Part shown: positions 32,034-41,550 of the stretch, in pieces
Position numbering within the stretch: position 1 is the first letter of the stretch
Layout of the letters: every line of letters begins with the position of its first letter
NCBI GenBank assembly: GCA_963850555.1
Contig: CAWKLT010000004.1
Span: 114,081 to 178,080, forward strand
Source: an uncultured Chloroflexia bacterium
GTDB taxonomy: Bacteria > Chloroflexota > Limnocylindria > Limnocylindrales > CSP1-4
Direction of reading: 5' to 3'
Length of the DNA: 64,000 nt
Notes under the pieces: generated by a model
Told to the model about the DNA's origin: nothing
Seen by the model: only the letters and a program-made list of their open reading frames with translations
The model's database searches: none
Position numbers and translations under genes: made by a program

Positions 32034-32960
32034 CTAGTCCTTCGTCGCGGCCCGAAGCTCCTCGAGGACGGCCGGGTCGATCCAGCCCGCGGCCGCCGTC
32101 CGCTCTTCCAGGTTGGCGACGCCCATCCACGTCAGGAGGGCGCCGTCCCAGGCCGCATCCCAGTCCGGGCCGGCGTCCCGCGGCGACCCGATGCGCGTGA
32201 CCCCGGCCACCGCGCCACGGACGCTCGCGGCGAACGCATCGTCACGCCCGGGCGCCCATCCGGCGCGGGTCAGCCGATCGCGCAGCTCCGCGGCCAGAGC
32301 CGGGTCGATCGCCACGAGGTCCTCGGGCTCTGGACGCTCGGACAGCAGCCGCCAGATGTCGAACAGGCGACGGAGCTCGGGCACCGGGTCGGCGTGGTCG
32401 TCCACACGCAGGTCGATCCAGCGGTCGGTCGTCCCGCCATACCCACCGCCGGCTCGAACCACCAACAGGGCGGCCGACTCGCGCCCGCGCGCGTCACCAC
32501 CAGCACGGTCGCCGGCCAGGAGGGCCGCCAGCAGCCGATCCGGCAGCGAGCCCACGGACGTCCCGAACGCGTCGAACATCGCGTCCACGACCGCCGGGCC
32601 GACGAGGATGTTGCCCTGGATGGCCAGTCCGTCCGCGACGCGGCCACCGGCCCAGGCGAGACACCCCTCGCCCGTGTAGCTGGCCGACCCGCCGTCCGCA
32701 TCGACGATGCCCAGCTGCCGTTCCGAGCGTCCATCGTCCGCCTCGGTCAGGCGCGCCAGGACGGCCTTCGCGTCGGCGCCGGACTCCAGCGCGGCCAGCC
32801 CGTCCGGCCCGTAGGTCACGTTCGCGAGGGCCTGCGTCGCGATCGCCCCGGCGCCCGCCTGCGCCCACGGGACGACGGACCCGACGGCGAGGAACTTCGA
32901 CGCCACCGCCACGCCAAGGTCGCCATTCGCCGGATCGCGGGCGACGATCGAGAACGTCAC
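32034..32960 (-). CDS. DUF1028-family (Ntn-hydrolase fold) protein with a C-terminal helical extension
   Basis: From GTG 32960 (GTGA overlap with the thioesterase stop): VTFSIVARDPANGDLGVAVASKFLAVGSVVPWAQAGAGAIATQA... The N-terminal 200 codons of ORF 32034..33563 are Arg-rich read-through and not coding. Confidence 0.75.
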   Translation of the reverse strand: MTFSIVARDPANGDLGVAVASKFLAVGSVVPWAQAGAGAIATQALANVTYGPDGLAALESGADAKAVLARLTEADDGRSERQLGIVDADGGSASYTGEGCLAWAGGRVADGLAIQGNILVGPAVVDAMFDAFGTSVGSLPDRLLAALLAGDRAGGDARGRESAALLVVRAGGGYGGTTDRWIDLRVDDHADPVPELRRLFDIWRLLSERPEPEDLVAIDPALAAELRDRLTRAGWAPGRDDAFAASVRGAVAGVTRIGSPRDAGPDWDAAWDGALLTWMGVANLEERTAAAGWIDPAVLEELRAATKD

Positions 32961-33463
32961 GCCAGCGCCCGACCCTCGTATCGCTCGATGGCCGCCACGA
33001 AGGCGGGGCCCAGAGGCGTCGGTCGCTCGGTCGCGTAGTCGTAGCGGACCATCACGGATTCGCTGGTCGCCACCAGGCGAGGGGTCTCGTCCGGCATCCG
33101 GGCCGTCAGCCGGTGCTCCAGCACGAAGCTCGAGCGACCCAGGCGGATCGCGCGGGTCTCGACCGTCACCCGTTCCCCGTGGAAGACCGGGGCCCGGTAG
33201 GTGATCCGGGCTTCGGCGAGGATCAGGCTCTCGGCGCCCTCGTGGCCCGGGGCGATCGGCTCGCCGGTCACATCGGTCCAGTACCGGATGCGCGCCATCT
33301 CGCAGTAGGTCAGGTACTTGGCGTTGTTGACGTGGCCCATCGCGTCGGTATCCGCGAACCGGACGTCGATCTCGACCTTGTGGGCGAAATCGCCCGCGAG
33401 GTCGCGCGGATCGTCGGGTGTCGCGATGCGTGCTCGGCTGGGCGTCGAGGCCGGGTCCGTCAT
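32957..33463 (-). CDS. acyl-CoA thioesterase, 4HBT/YbgC-like hotdog fold
   Basis: From ATG 33463: ...HKVEIDVRFADTDAMGHVNNAKYLTYCEMARIRYW...; 168 aa. It begins 8 nt after the copA stop. Confidence 0.82.
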   Translation of the reverse strand: MTDPASTPSRARIATPDDPRDLAGDFAHKVEIDVRFADTDAMGHVNNAKYLTYCEMARIRYWTDVTGEPIAPGHEGAESLILAEARITYRAPVFHGERVTVETRAIRLGRSSFVLEHRLTARMPDETPRLVATSESVMVRYDYATERPTPLGPAFVAAIERYEGRALA

Positions 33464-33471
33464 GTCGAGCG

Positions 33472-36194
33472 TCAGTCTGCGACCTCGACGACGAGGCTGC
33501 CGACCATGCCCGCTTCCGCGTGGCCCTCGACCGTGCATTCGACGAGGTAGGTTCCGGGCTCATCGATCGTGAACCGGATCTGCTGCGTCTGCCCCGGGCG
33601 CGCCCCGGCGTCCACGTTGGCGAGACCGGTCACCTCCCAGTCGTGGAAGATCGGGTCGTCGTTCGTGAATTCGAGGACGACCGTCTCGCCGGCACGGACG
33701 CGGAGGTCGGCCGGCGTGAAGGCGACGCGCTGGGCCGTGACTTCGAGCTTCGTCGCATTCGCGTCGATGAACCGGTCGGCCGCCAGGACGCCGCCGGCGA
33801 GGACGAGCGATGCGAGCGCGATCGCGCCAAGGAACCACGCTTCGCGCAGGTGCCCCAGCGGTCCTCGCCGGCCGACCCGGTGGACGGCGTCGGGACGGGC
33901 GTCGTACCCGCGCAGCCGGAGCGAGTTGGCGACCACCGACACCGACGAGAGCGCCATCGCGCCAGCGGCGAGCGCGGGCGAGAGCGTGATCCCGAACATC
34001 GGGTAGAGGGCGCCCATCGCGACCGGGATCAGCAGGATGTTGTAGGCGAATGCCCAGAACAGGTTCTGGCGGATGACCGTCATCGTCGCCCGGGACAACC
34101 CGATGGCGGCTGGGACACCGCGCGGGTCACCGCCGATGAGCGTCACGTCGGACGCTTCGATCGCCACGTCCGCGCCCGTGCCGATCGCGATGCCAAGGTC
34201 CGCCTGGGCGAGCGCGGGGGCGTCGTTGATGCCGTCGCCGACCATCGCGACCGTCCGGCCGCGAGCCTGGAGCCGCTGCACGATGGCCGCCTTGTCGGCG
34301 GGTAATGTCTCGGGGACGACGTTGTGGATCGGGATGCCGACCTGCTTGGCCACGGACTCGGCAGTGGCGCGGGCGTCGCCGGTCACGAGCCAGACCTCGA
34401 TCTTCGCGGCGGCCAGCTCGCGAACCGCAGCCTGGGCTTCGACCTTGACGGGGTCGCTGACCGCCAGCAACCCGGCCGCCACGCCGTCCACGGCGACGAT
34501 CGCGGTCGTCCGGCCCGCGCTCGCCGCGGACTCGATCGCGTCTGCCAGCGGCGCCAGGTCGATCCCACCACCCTCGAGCAGCCGACGATTGCCGACGAGG
34601 ACGATGCGAGGCCCGGCGGTCGAATGGACCGTTCCTTGTACGCCGCCACCGATGACCGCTTCGAAGTCCGTGACCCGCCCGAACCCGGCCTCGTCCTGAT
34701 TCGCTCGGGCGACGATCGCCGCTCCGAGCGGGTGCTCGCTCGCGCGCTCGACGGCGCCGGCGAGATCGAGCAGGTCGTGGGTCGTGAATCCGGGAGCGAC
34801 GACGACCTCGGCGACGGTCGGACGCCCGAGGGTCAACGTGCCCGTCTTGTCGAGCACGACGGTGTCCACGCGATGGGCGATCTCGAGCGCCGCACCGCCG
34901 CGGATGAGGATTCCCGCCTCCGCCCCGCGTCCCGTCCCGACCATGATGGCGGTCGGGGTGGCGAGGCCCATCGCGCACGGACACGCGATGACGACCACGC
35001 CGATGAAGGCCGTCAGCGCAAGCGTGATCCGTGGCTCCGGCCCGAACGCCAGCCACGCGAGGAACGTGCCCGCGGCGACGACGAGGACGATCGGGACGAA
35101 GACCTCGGCGATCCGATCGGCGAGTCGCTGGATGGGCGCCTTGCTGCCCTGGGCCCGACTCACGAGGTCCACGATCCGGGCGAGCGCGGTATCGCGTCCG
35201 ACCCGGGTCGCCCGCATCACGAACGTGCCGGTCGTGTTGAGGGTCGCTCCGATGACCTCGGAGCCCGCCGTCACCTCGACCGGCATGGCCTCGCCGGTCA
35301 GCATGCTGGCGTCGACCGCGGAGCCACCCTCGACGACGACACCGTCGACGGGCACCCGCTCCCCCGGCCGGACGCGCAGCAGGTCACCGACCGCCACCGA
35401 CTCGAGCGCCACGTCCTCTTCGCGCCCGTCGGTCACGCGCCGGGCGGTCTTGGCCCCGAGACTCAAGAGCCGCCGGATCGCCCCGGTCGTGCTGGTCTTG
35501 GCGCGATGCTCGAGCCACCGACCGAGCAGGACGAGCCCGACGATGATCGTCGACGAGTCGAAGTAGGTCTCCGGGTGGAGCCCGGCCTCGTGGATGACGT
35601 CGGGGAAGAGCGTCACGACCACGCTGTACAGCCAGGCCGCGCTCGTGCCGACCGCCACGAGCGTGTCCATGTTGGCCGTGCCATGCCGGGCGGCCCGCCA
35701 CGCTGCGCGGTAGAACCGGCGCCCCGCCCAGGCCTGGATGATCGTGGCCGGCACGAGCGCGAGCCAGTTGATGGTCTCCATCGCGACGCTGGTCTGCGGC
35801 ACGAACATCGCGACCATGATCGCGAGGGCGACCGCGATGGAGACGAGCGCCTCGCGAAGCAGCGAGCGTTCCTCGCGCGCGCGGTCGGCGTCGTCCGCGG
35901 ACAGCTCCTCGAGCAGGGAGACCGGGGCCGCGCCGGCGTCGGCGTCGCGCGTGCCGCGACCTCACGGACGTCGTACCCGGCGGCCTCCACGGCCCCGACG
36001 AGGTCGGCGCGACCGGCGACGTCCGGGAGGTAGCGGATCGTGGCCATCTCCGTGGCCAGGTTCACGCTCGCCGTCTGGACGCCTTCGGTCCGGCTCAGGA
36101 AGCGCTCGATGCGATTGACGCACGATGCGCACGTCATGCCCTCGATGGGCAGTTCGATCTCGGTGGAGGCGGCGTCCGCCCGGTCGGTCGTCAT
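33472..36194 (-). pseudogene. copA: Copper-translocating P1B-type ATPase with an extra C-terminal TM helix and cupredoxin domain, frame broken near 35941-35960
   Basis: HMA domain (GMTCASCVNRIE) in the frame of ORF 35613..36248 from ATG 36194. Body in ORF 33472..35817 ([25 protein letters not shown]). C-terminal tail: [21 protein letters not shown] (TM helix), then [32 protein letters not shown]...[21 protein letters not shown]. Length is 2723 nt = 3n+2. Confidence 0.85.
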
Positions 36195-36209
36195 ACTCCA
36201 GGGGAGTAT
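36193..36209. promoter_or_regulatory. CsoR-like inverted repeat overlapping the copA start codon
   Basis: ATACTCC-AGG-GGAGTAT (7-bp arms). On the copA strand it reads TATACTCCCCTGGAGTATG, with the ATG as the copA start. It has the ATAC/GTAT-flanked C/G-tract shape of CsoR operators. Confidence 0.4.
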
Positions 36210-36257
36210 ACCAGACGCGTGCCCGGCGGTCCCCCGACGAGGTGGCACACTAGGCCC

Positions 36258-36821
36258 ATGCCGCCCGTCGAGATCGCGCTGGTGACCCTCGCCGGACCGT
36301 GGGGCCCGTACCTCGTCGCCGCCACGGAACGTGGTGTGGTCGCGGCCGGTTGGGCGACGACCGAGGAGGGCATCCTGGCGGACCTCCGTCGCCGTCTCGG
36401 GCCGGTGGAGATCGTCGCCGAGGGCCCGGCCGCCGATGTGCTCGCGGCCGCCTTGCCATCCCTCAAGGCGATCCTTGCCGGCGAGCCGGTGCCAACGGCC
36501 GCGATCCCGATCGATCTCGACGACCGTCCGCGCTTCGACCAGGTCGTGCTCGGCGCGGTTCGCGGGATCGGCTGGGGCGAGACGGCGAGTTACGGGGAGA
36601 TCGCTCGACGGGTCGGCGCGCCGCGGGCGTCACGCGCGGTCGGCGGGGCACTCGGGCGCAACCCGATCTCGCTCGTCATCCCGTGCCACCGGGTGATCGC
36701 CGCGGACGGCACGCTCGGGGGCTACGGGGGTGACGGCTGGATCGACCGCGACCGGGAGCTGTCACGCAAGGAGGCGATGCTGCGGCGCGAAGGCGTCACG
36801 GTGGCCCGCCGCGCCCAGTAG
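36258..36821 (+). CDS. ogt: methylated-DNA--protein-cysteine methyltransferase
   Basis: From ATG 36258: 187 aa, with ...GETASYGEIARRVGAPRASRAVGGALGRNPISLVIPCHRVI (PCHR active site). Confidence 0.88.
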   Translation: MPPVEIALVTLAGPWGPYLVAATERGVVAAGWATTEEGILADLRRRLGPVEIVAEGPAADVLAAALPSLKAILAGEPVPTAAIPIDLDDRPRFDQVVLGAVRGIGWGETASYGEIARRVGAPRASRAVGGALGRNPISLVIPCHRVIAADGTLGGYGGDGWIDRDRELSRKEAMLRREGVTVARRAQ

Positions 36822-36910
36822 ACTCCGCCCGAGCCGGTGTCGTCATGCGAGCCGGACCGCCGGGAACGTGGTGAGGGACGGGCGCCATCGCCGGCGCCGG
36901 TGGAGGTTCG

Positions 36911-38742
36911 ATGAGCGTCGCGAGCGCGCCTGCCCCATCCATGTTCGCCGTGTTCCGGCGGCGGGACTTCTCCCTGCTGTGGCTGGCGCAGCTCATCTCG
37001 ACCGCCGGCTCCGCGCTCACGGACCTCGCTGCCGGGATCTACGTCTACCGCGAGACCGAGTCGGCCCTGGCGGTCGGCTTGACCCTGATGGTCACGGCTA
37101 TCCCCAGCCTGATCATCGGGCTGCTCGCCGGCGTCTTCGTCGATCGCCACGACCGCAAGAAGATCCTCATCGCGACCTGCCTCATCCAGGCGGTGATCGT
37201 CGCCGCGCTCGCCTTCGTCATCGGCATCGAGGCGATCGCCCTCCCGGGCCTGTACGTCCTGCTGTTCCTCAATGCCGGCGTGAAGCAGTTCTTCGATCCC
37301 GCCCACGACAGCCTGATCCCCGAGATGGCGAGCGACGAGGAGCTCGCGGGGGCGAACTCGTTCCTGTCCATCGCGTCGTTCGGCTCGACCGCCATCGGCT
37401 TCGCCGCAGCCGGCCTTCTGGCGAGCACGGTCGACCTGACCTGGGCGTTCATCATCGATGCGGGGTCCTTCGTCGTGTGCGCCGGGCTGATCGCGCTGAT
37501 GGGCCGGTACCCCATGCCGAAACCGGAGGACGAGGCCAGCGTCGCCGTGATCGTCGCGAACCTGCGATCCGGTATGGGAACGCTGTGGGGGACACCCATC
37601 ATTCGCTCCCTGTTCCTGGTCAGCCGCGTTCATGTTCTTCTCGTTCGGCCTGTGGAACGTCCTGCTGCTGCCCTTCTCGATCCGTGAGCTCGGGGCCACG
37701 GAGTTCGAGTACGGCCTGCAGGAGGGGCTGACGTCCGTCGGCTTCGTCGTGGGCTCGTTCTTCATGGCGCGCTTCTCGAGCCGCCTGCCGGAGCCGCTCT
37801 GGATCGTCATCGGCCTCACGGGCATGGGAGCGGCCGGCATCCTCTACGGCCTGGCCACCTCGATCCCCTTCGCGATCGTCCTCGTCATGATCACCGGGTT
37901 CTTCAACTCGCCGGCGTCGGTGGCGCGGTCGACGCTGATGCAGCGGCACACGCCGCGCGAGATGCGCGGCCGCGTGTTCTCGGCCTTCTATGTCATGCGC
38001 GACATCATCTTCCTGTTCGGCATGGCCGGTGCGGGCCTCGCCGACGTGCTCGACATCCGGCTGCTCATCATCTTCTCCTCGACGCTGCTGTTCGTGTCGG
38101 CCGCATTCGCCCTCGTGGCGCCCGGTCTCGGGCTGGCCTCCATCCGGGCAGCGAGCGACCGACTGCGCGATGCGGAAGCCGCTCCGGACGTCGACGCGAC
38201 GCCGCTCCGCCCGGCGACGGTGCCCGACTTCGGCCGGGTGGCCCTCCACCTCCCGTCCTTCTCGCGGCTGTCCCCGGAGCAGCGCGACGCGTTCCTGCGT
38301 GACGCGCAGATCCGCCAGGTGCCGGCCGGGAACCCGCGTCGTCGAGCACGGCGACGTTGCGAGCTCGGCGTACTTCATCCTCGAGGGCAATGCGACCGCC
38401 GGGATCCCCGATGAGGGCGGATATCGTGGCCTTTCGACGATGGGGGCCGGCGACTTCTTCGGGGAGATCGCGGCGCTGACCGGGAGTCCGCGCACCGCCG
38501 ACGTCGTGGCCGATACCGACCTGACCGTGATGGAGGTGCCGGCCGAGGCGCTGCGCACGGTCATGACCGTGCCGGAGATCCGCAAGCTCGTCCTCTCCAC
38601 GCTGACCTCCCGGCTGCTCAAGACCGAGGCGGCCGACCTGCCGCGGCTGGCCGGCATCGACCAGGAGTCGCTGCGCGACCTGCGCACGCCCCGACGGATC
38701 GTGGTCGCTTCGGCCGGAACCGTTGAGGGCGATGCTTCGTAG
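36911..38742 (+). pseudogene. MFS transporter fused to a C-terminal cNMP-binding domain (paralogue of 20368..22034), two frame breaks (~37619-37626 and ~38331-38332)
   Basis: Three consecutive ORFs carry one protein. 36911.. covers TM1-6 and ends ...IIRSLFLV. 37632.. is (AA)FMFFSFGLWNV... and covers TM7-12, then ...SFSRLSPEQRDAFLRDAQIRQVPAG. The frame of 37990..38742 gives TRVVEHGDVASSAYFILEGNA...GDFFGEIAALTGSPRTADV. Length is 1832 nt = 3n+2. Confidence 0.82.
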
Positions 38743-38744
38743 GG

Positions 38745-38760
38745 TGTGTCACAGCTGACA
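38745..38760. promoter_or_regulatory. CRP/FNR-type palindrome upstream of the small acidic ORF
   Basis: TGTGT-CACAGC-TGACA (compare TGTGA-N6-TCACA). A TACAGT -10-like hexamer lies at 38806-38811, and the ORF ATG is at 38855. Confidence 0.35.
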
Positions 38761-38854
38761 GGCGCCACGTCGCGCGCTGGCCTTGGCTCGCTGCTGGCCC
38801 GGGCGTACAGTCGGCACATCAAGACCGCCTGAAGAGGGACGAAAGGGGCCAGTC

Positions 38855-39067
38855 ATGGTGCGACAGAGGATGAAGCTCCCCAAGGATCAGGCCGTGGAGC
38901 CCGCGGACGTTCGGCCGAGCGCGACCGGCACCGACGACGACGTCGAGGGGCACGGTTTTCCGGTGACGGCACCTCCGAACCCGGTCATCGGCCGCGGCAC
39001 CGGACATGGCGGGGAGGCGACCCCGGCCGTGGACGACGCGGACGACGTCAAGGGCAACCTACGCTAG
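38855..39067 (+). CDS. 70-aa acidic small protein with two DD(x)DDV(E/K)G motifs
   Basis: ATG 38855 follows AAAGGGG with a 7-nt spacer. Sequence: MVRQRMKLPKDQAVEPADVRPSATGTDDDVEGHGFPVTAPPNPVIGRGTGHGGEATPAVDDADDVKGNLR. Convergent with the S8 protease gene. Confidence 0.5.
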   Translation: MVRQRMKLPKDQAVEPADVRPSATGTDDDVEGHGFPVTAPPNPVIGRGTGHGGEATPAVDDADDVKGNLR

Positions 39068-39098
39068 TAACGATCTGTCGCTGCACCGACGTCGTTGC

Positions 39099-39120
39099 GA
39101 CCGCCCAGGCCCGGGCGGTC
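39099..39120. terminator. Hairpin between convergent genes (possible bidirectional terminator)
   Basis: GACCGCCC-AGGCCC-GGGCGGTC followed by GUUUCGAUU. It lies between the stops at 39067 (+) and 39129 (-). Confidence 0.45.
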
Positions 39121-39128
39121 GTTTCGAT

Positions 39129-39938
39129 TCAGGCCGGCGTGCTGGCCGTCGCCGCGAGGAGTGCCTTGATCTCGAACGGCGTGGCCGCCGCATAGCGCGA
39201 CCGCAGGCGCGCGGCCTGGGCAGCCAGATGGGGCGCCGCGAACGAGTTGCCGGTCGCCCGGATCCGCCCGCCATCGCGCCACGGCACGTCCACGTCGACC
39301 CCGAAGGCACCGAACTCCACCGGTGGCGAGGGGTTGTAGAACCAGGCGTCCGGATCGGGGATGTCGTGCGCGGCGACCGACACGACGGCGGCGAAGAGCG
39401 ACGGGTACGAGGGTCCCGGGACGTTGTTCGCGGCACAAACGAGCAGGACGTTGGCGAAATACGCCTGATCCGCGAGCTCATGGAACACGCTGAACATCGC
39501 CTCGCTCCGCGACGACAGGCTCAGGTTCACGACCCCGATCCGCTGCTCGATCGCCCACTCGACGGCGGCCGCGACGGCCCGGCCCTTGCCGCGATTGTCG
39601 GCGCCGAGGACCCGGATCGACACCAGCTCGGCCGCCGGCGCGATGCCGGCGATGATCCCGGCGCACGCGGTCCCGTGCCCGACGAGGTCGGCGCCATGCG
39701 GGTCGTCGACGACGGCGGCATCCTCACCGTCGATGTCGACGCGCATGCGTCGCGTGACGCGGCCCGCGACGCCCGGGTGATCCGCATCGACGCCCGAATC
39801 GACGATGGCCACGACGACCCCGGCACCATCGGCCTCACCGAAGACGGCCTCGCGATCCAGCCGGCCGAACGGCCCTTCCCGCGTGAGCCCGGCTCGCGCG
39901 TCCGCGGCGAAGGCCTCGCTCCACGCCGGCAGGGTCAC
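39129..39938 (-). CDS. S8 (subtilisin-like) serine peptidase without a signal peptide (predicted cytoplasmic)
   Basis: 269 aa. Asp (VVAIVDSGVD), His (GHGTACAGIIAG), Asn (CAANNVPG) and Ser (TGNSFAAPHLAA). The N-terminus MTLPAWSEAFAADARAGL... is not hydrophobic. GTGA overlap with the GAF gene stop. Confidence 0.82.
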   Translation of the reverse strand: MTLPAWSEAFAADARAGLTREGPFGRLDREAVFGEADGAGVVVAIVDSGVDADHPGVAGRVTRRMRVDIDGEDAAVVDDPHGADLVGHGTACAGIIAGIAPAAELVSIRVLGADNRGKGRAVAAAVEWAIEQRIGVVNLSLSSRSEAMFSVFHELADQAYFANVLLVCAANNVPGPSYPSLFAAVVSVAAHDIPDPDAWFYNPSPPVEFGAFGVDVDVPWRDGGRIRATGNSFAAPHLAAQAARLRSRYAAATPFEIKALLAATASTPA

Positions 39939-40750
39939 CGACGGGGCCCCGATCCTGAGCCGCGGTGGACGGCGCCGCGCCGGCGAAGCAACGCCTCGAG
40001 CCAGTCCGCCGCGAGCTCGATCGAATCGGGATCGACGCCGCGCAGCCGGGCGATCTGGTCGGCCAGCCGCCAGGTCGGGTCCTCGGGGTCCGTCGAGAGG
40101 GCCAGCGTCGCGTCGCTCACGAGCGCATCGATCGCCCCCTCGTCGAGCGCTTTGTCACGGGTCTCCCCGCCGTCCCCCGCGGCGAGCGCGACCAGGGCCG
40201 CGCGCAGGAGCGAGACCGCGTCACCGGCCGACCGGCGGCGTCGAACGATCGTCGTCGCCGCGGACGCGAGGGCGCCGGCGATCTCGAGGTCGCGCAGGGT
40301 GAACGTCCCGCCACGCCGATCGAGGACCTCCAGCACGCCGATCGTGCCCTCGGCGTCGGTGAGCGGTGTCGCGAGGATGGACGCCGGGACATAGCCGGTG
40401 GCCTCGGCGATGGTGCGGTCGAACCGGGGATCGGTCGTCACGTCGGCGATCGCGAGTTGCTGGCCGGTCGTGAACGCGTAGCCCGCGATCCCCGCGGCCG
40501 GATCGATCTGCATCCCGATGACGTCGCCGCCGGCCGAACCCGCGCTGGCGAGGAACACCAGCCGGTCGGCGCTCGGGTCGTGGACCGCGACGGAGGCCGC
40601 CTGGGCGTCGAGCACGACCGTCGCCGTCGTCACGATCGTGGCGAGGAGGTCGTCATCGGCGACGGGGGTGATCCGCTGGGCCGCGTCCAGGCGTCGCGCC
40701 ACTGCCGCGATCGCCAGCAGCGTCTCGTCGGCCGCTCGGCGATCGGTCAC
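39935..40750 (-). CDS. GAF-domain protein with a ~100-aa helical C-terminal region
   Basis: 271 aa: ...ATVVLDAQAASVAVHDPSADRLVFLASAG...GIAGYAFTTGQQLAIADV..DPRF...ILATPL...GTIGVLEVLDRR. GTGA overlaps at both ends (Crp upstream, S8 downstream). Confidence 0.8.
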   Translation of the reverse strand: MTDRRAADETLLAIAAVARRLDAAQRITPVADDDLLATIVTTATVVLDAQAASVAVHDPSADRLVFLASAGSAGGDVIGMQIDPAAGIAGYAFTTGQQLAIADVTTDPRFDRTIAEATGYVPASILATPLTDAEGTIGVLEVLDRRGGTFTLRDLEIAGALASAATTIVRRRRSAGDAVSLLRAALVALAAGDGGETRDKALDEGAIDALVSDATLALSTDPEDPTWRLADQIARLRGVDPDSIELAADWLEALLRRRGAVHRGSGSGPRR

Positions 40751-41487
40751 CGGCGCGCAGCAGCGGCCAGCCGAGCCGCGTCCGGGATCACGAGGTCGTC
40801 GCCCTCGAAGCGCAGCAGGCCCTGCGCCACGAAGTCCGCGAGCAGGCGATTCACCGATTGACGGGAGCCGCCGATCATCCCGGCGAGCTCGCCCTGCGTG
40901 TACGGCCAGGGCAGACGCTGCTCGCCCGTCTCGAGCGGCGGCGGCCAGGACCCGCCATCGTCACCGCCGGGCAACGCGCGCAGCAGGTGGCGCGCCAGGC
41001 GCCCGGGCAGGTCCAGGAAGTGGAGATCCCCGAATTGGGCCGTGAGGCGGCGGATCTCGGTCGCCAGGGCCGCCAGCAACTCGCGTCGAAGGACCGGCTG
41101 CTCGTCCACGAGTCGGTCGAAGGCGTCGCGCCGCAGGACCTGGGTCTCCACGGCACCGACCGCGACCGCCGTCGCGGACCGGGCTGCCCCATCGAGCAGG
41201 GCCAGCTCCCCGAAGAACCCACCCGGCGCGATCGTCGTCAGGATGGCGGGGTCCGATCCGTCGCCCGGCGGGATCGTGATCTTCACCCGCCCCGAGGTCA
41301 CGATGAACAAGGCATCCCCGGGATCGTCCACGTGGAAGATCGTCTCCCCGCGTCGAAAGCGGCGCGGGCCGAGCGCCGCGGCCACGATGCCGAGGATCGG
41401 CTCGTCGAGGCCGGAGAACAGCCGACATTCGCGCAGCGCGTCATGCGCCAGCGCGGTGTCTCCGGATCGAGCGACCATGCCGCCCAT
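40747..41487 (-). CDS. Crp/Fnr-family transcriptional regulator (cNMP-binding domain plus HTH)
   Basis: 246 aa: LFSGLDEPILGIVAAAL...GDALFIVTSGRVKI...GGFFGELALLDGAARSATAVA...YTQGELAGMIGGSRQSVNRLLADF. Confidence 0.88.
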   Translation of the reverse strand: MGGMVARSGDTALAHDALRECRLFSGLDEPILGIVAAALGPRRFRRGETIFHVDDPGDALFIVTSGRVKITIPPGDGSDPAILTTIAPGGFFGELALLDGAARSATAVAVGAVETQVLRRDAFDRLVDEQPVLRRELLAALATEIRRLTAQFGDLHFLDLPGRLARHLLRALPGGDDGGSWPPPLETGEQRLPWPYTQGELAGMIGGSRQSVNRLLADFVAQGLLRFEGDDLVIPDAARLAAAARR

Positions 41488-41550
41488 CGTACGCGGGCGG
41501 GCATTCCCACGCGGGCCGCGCGGCTGTGGCGGGTCGAGGTCCCGGCCGCT

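Noticed and set aside
19791-41487. Possibility that the cNMP-binding proteins form a Pycsar/CBASS-like anti-phage signalling system.
   Set aside because: No nucleotide cyclase, CD-NTase, SAVED, TIR or other effector-type gene is present in the window. The cNMP domains are attached to MFS permeases and a Crp HTH, which fits physiological signalling rather than defence.
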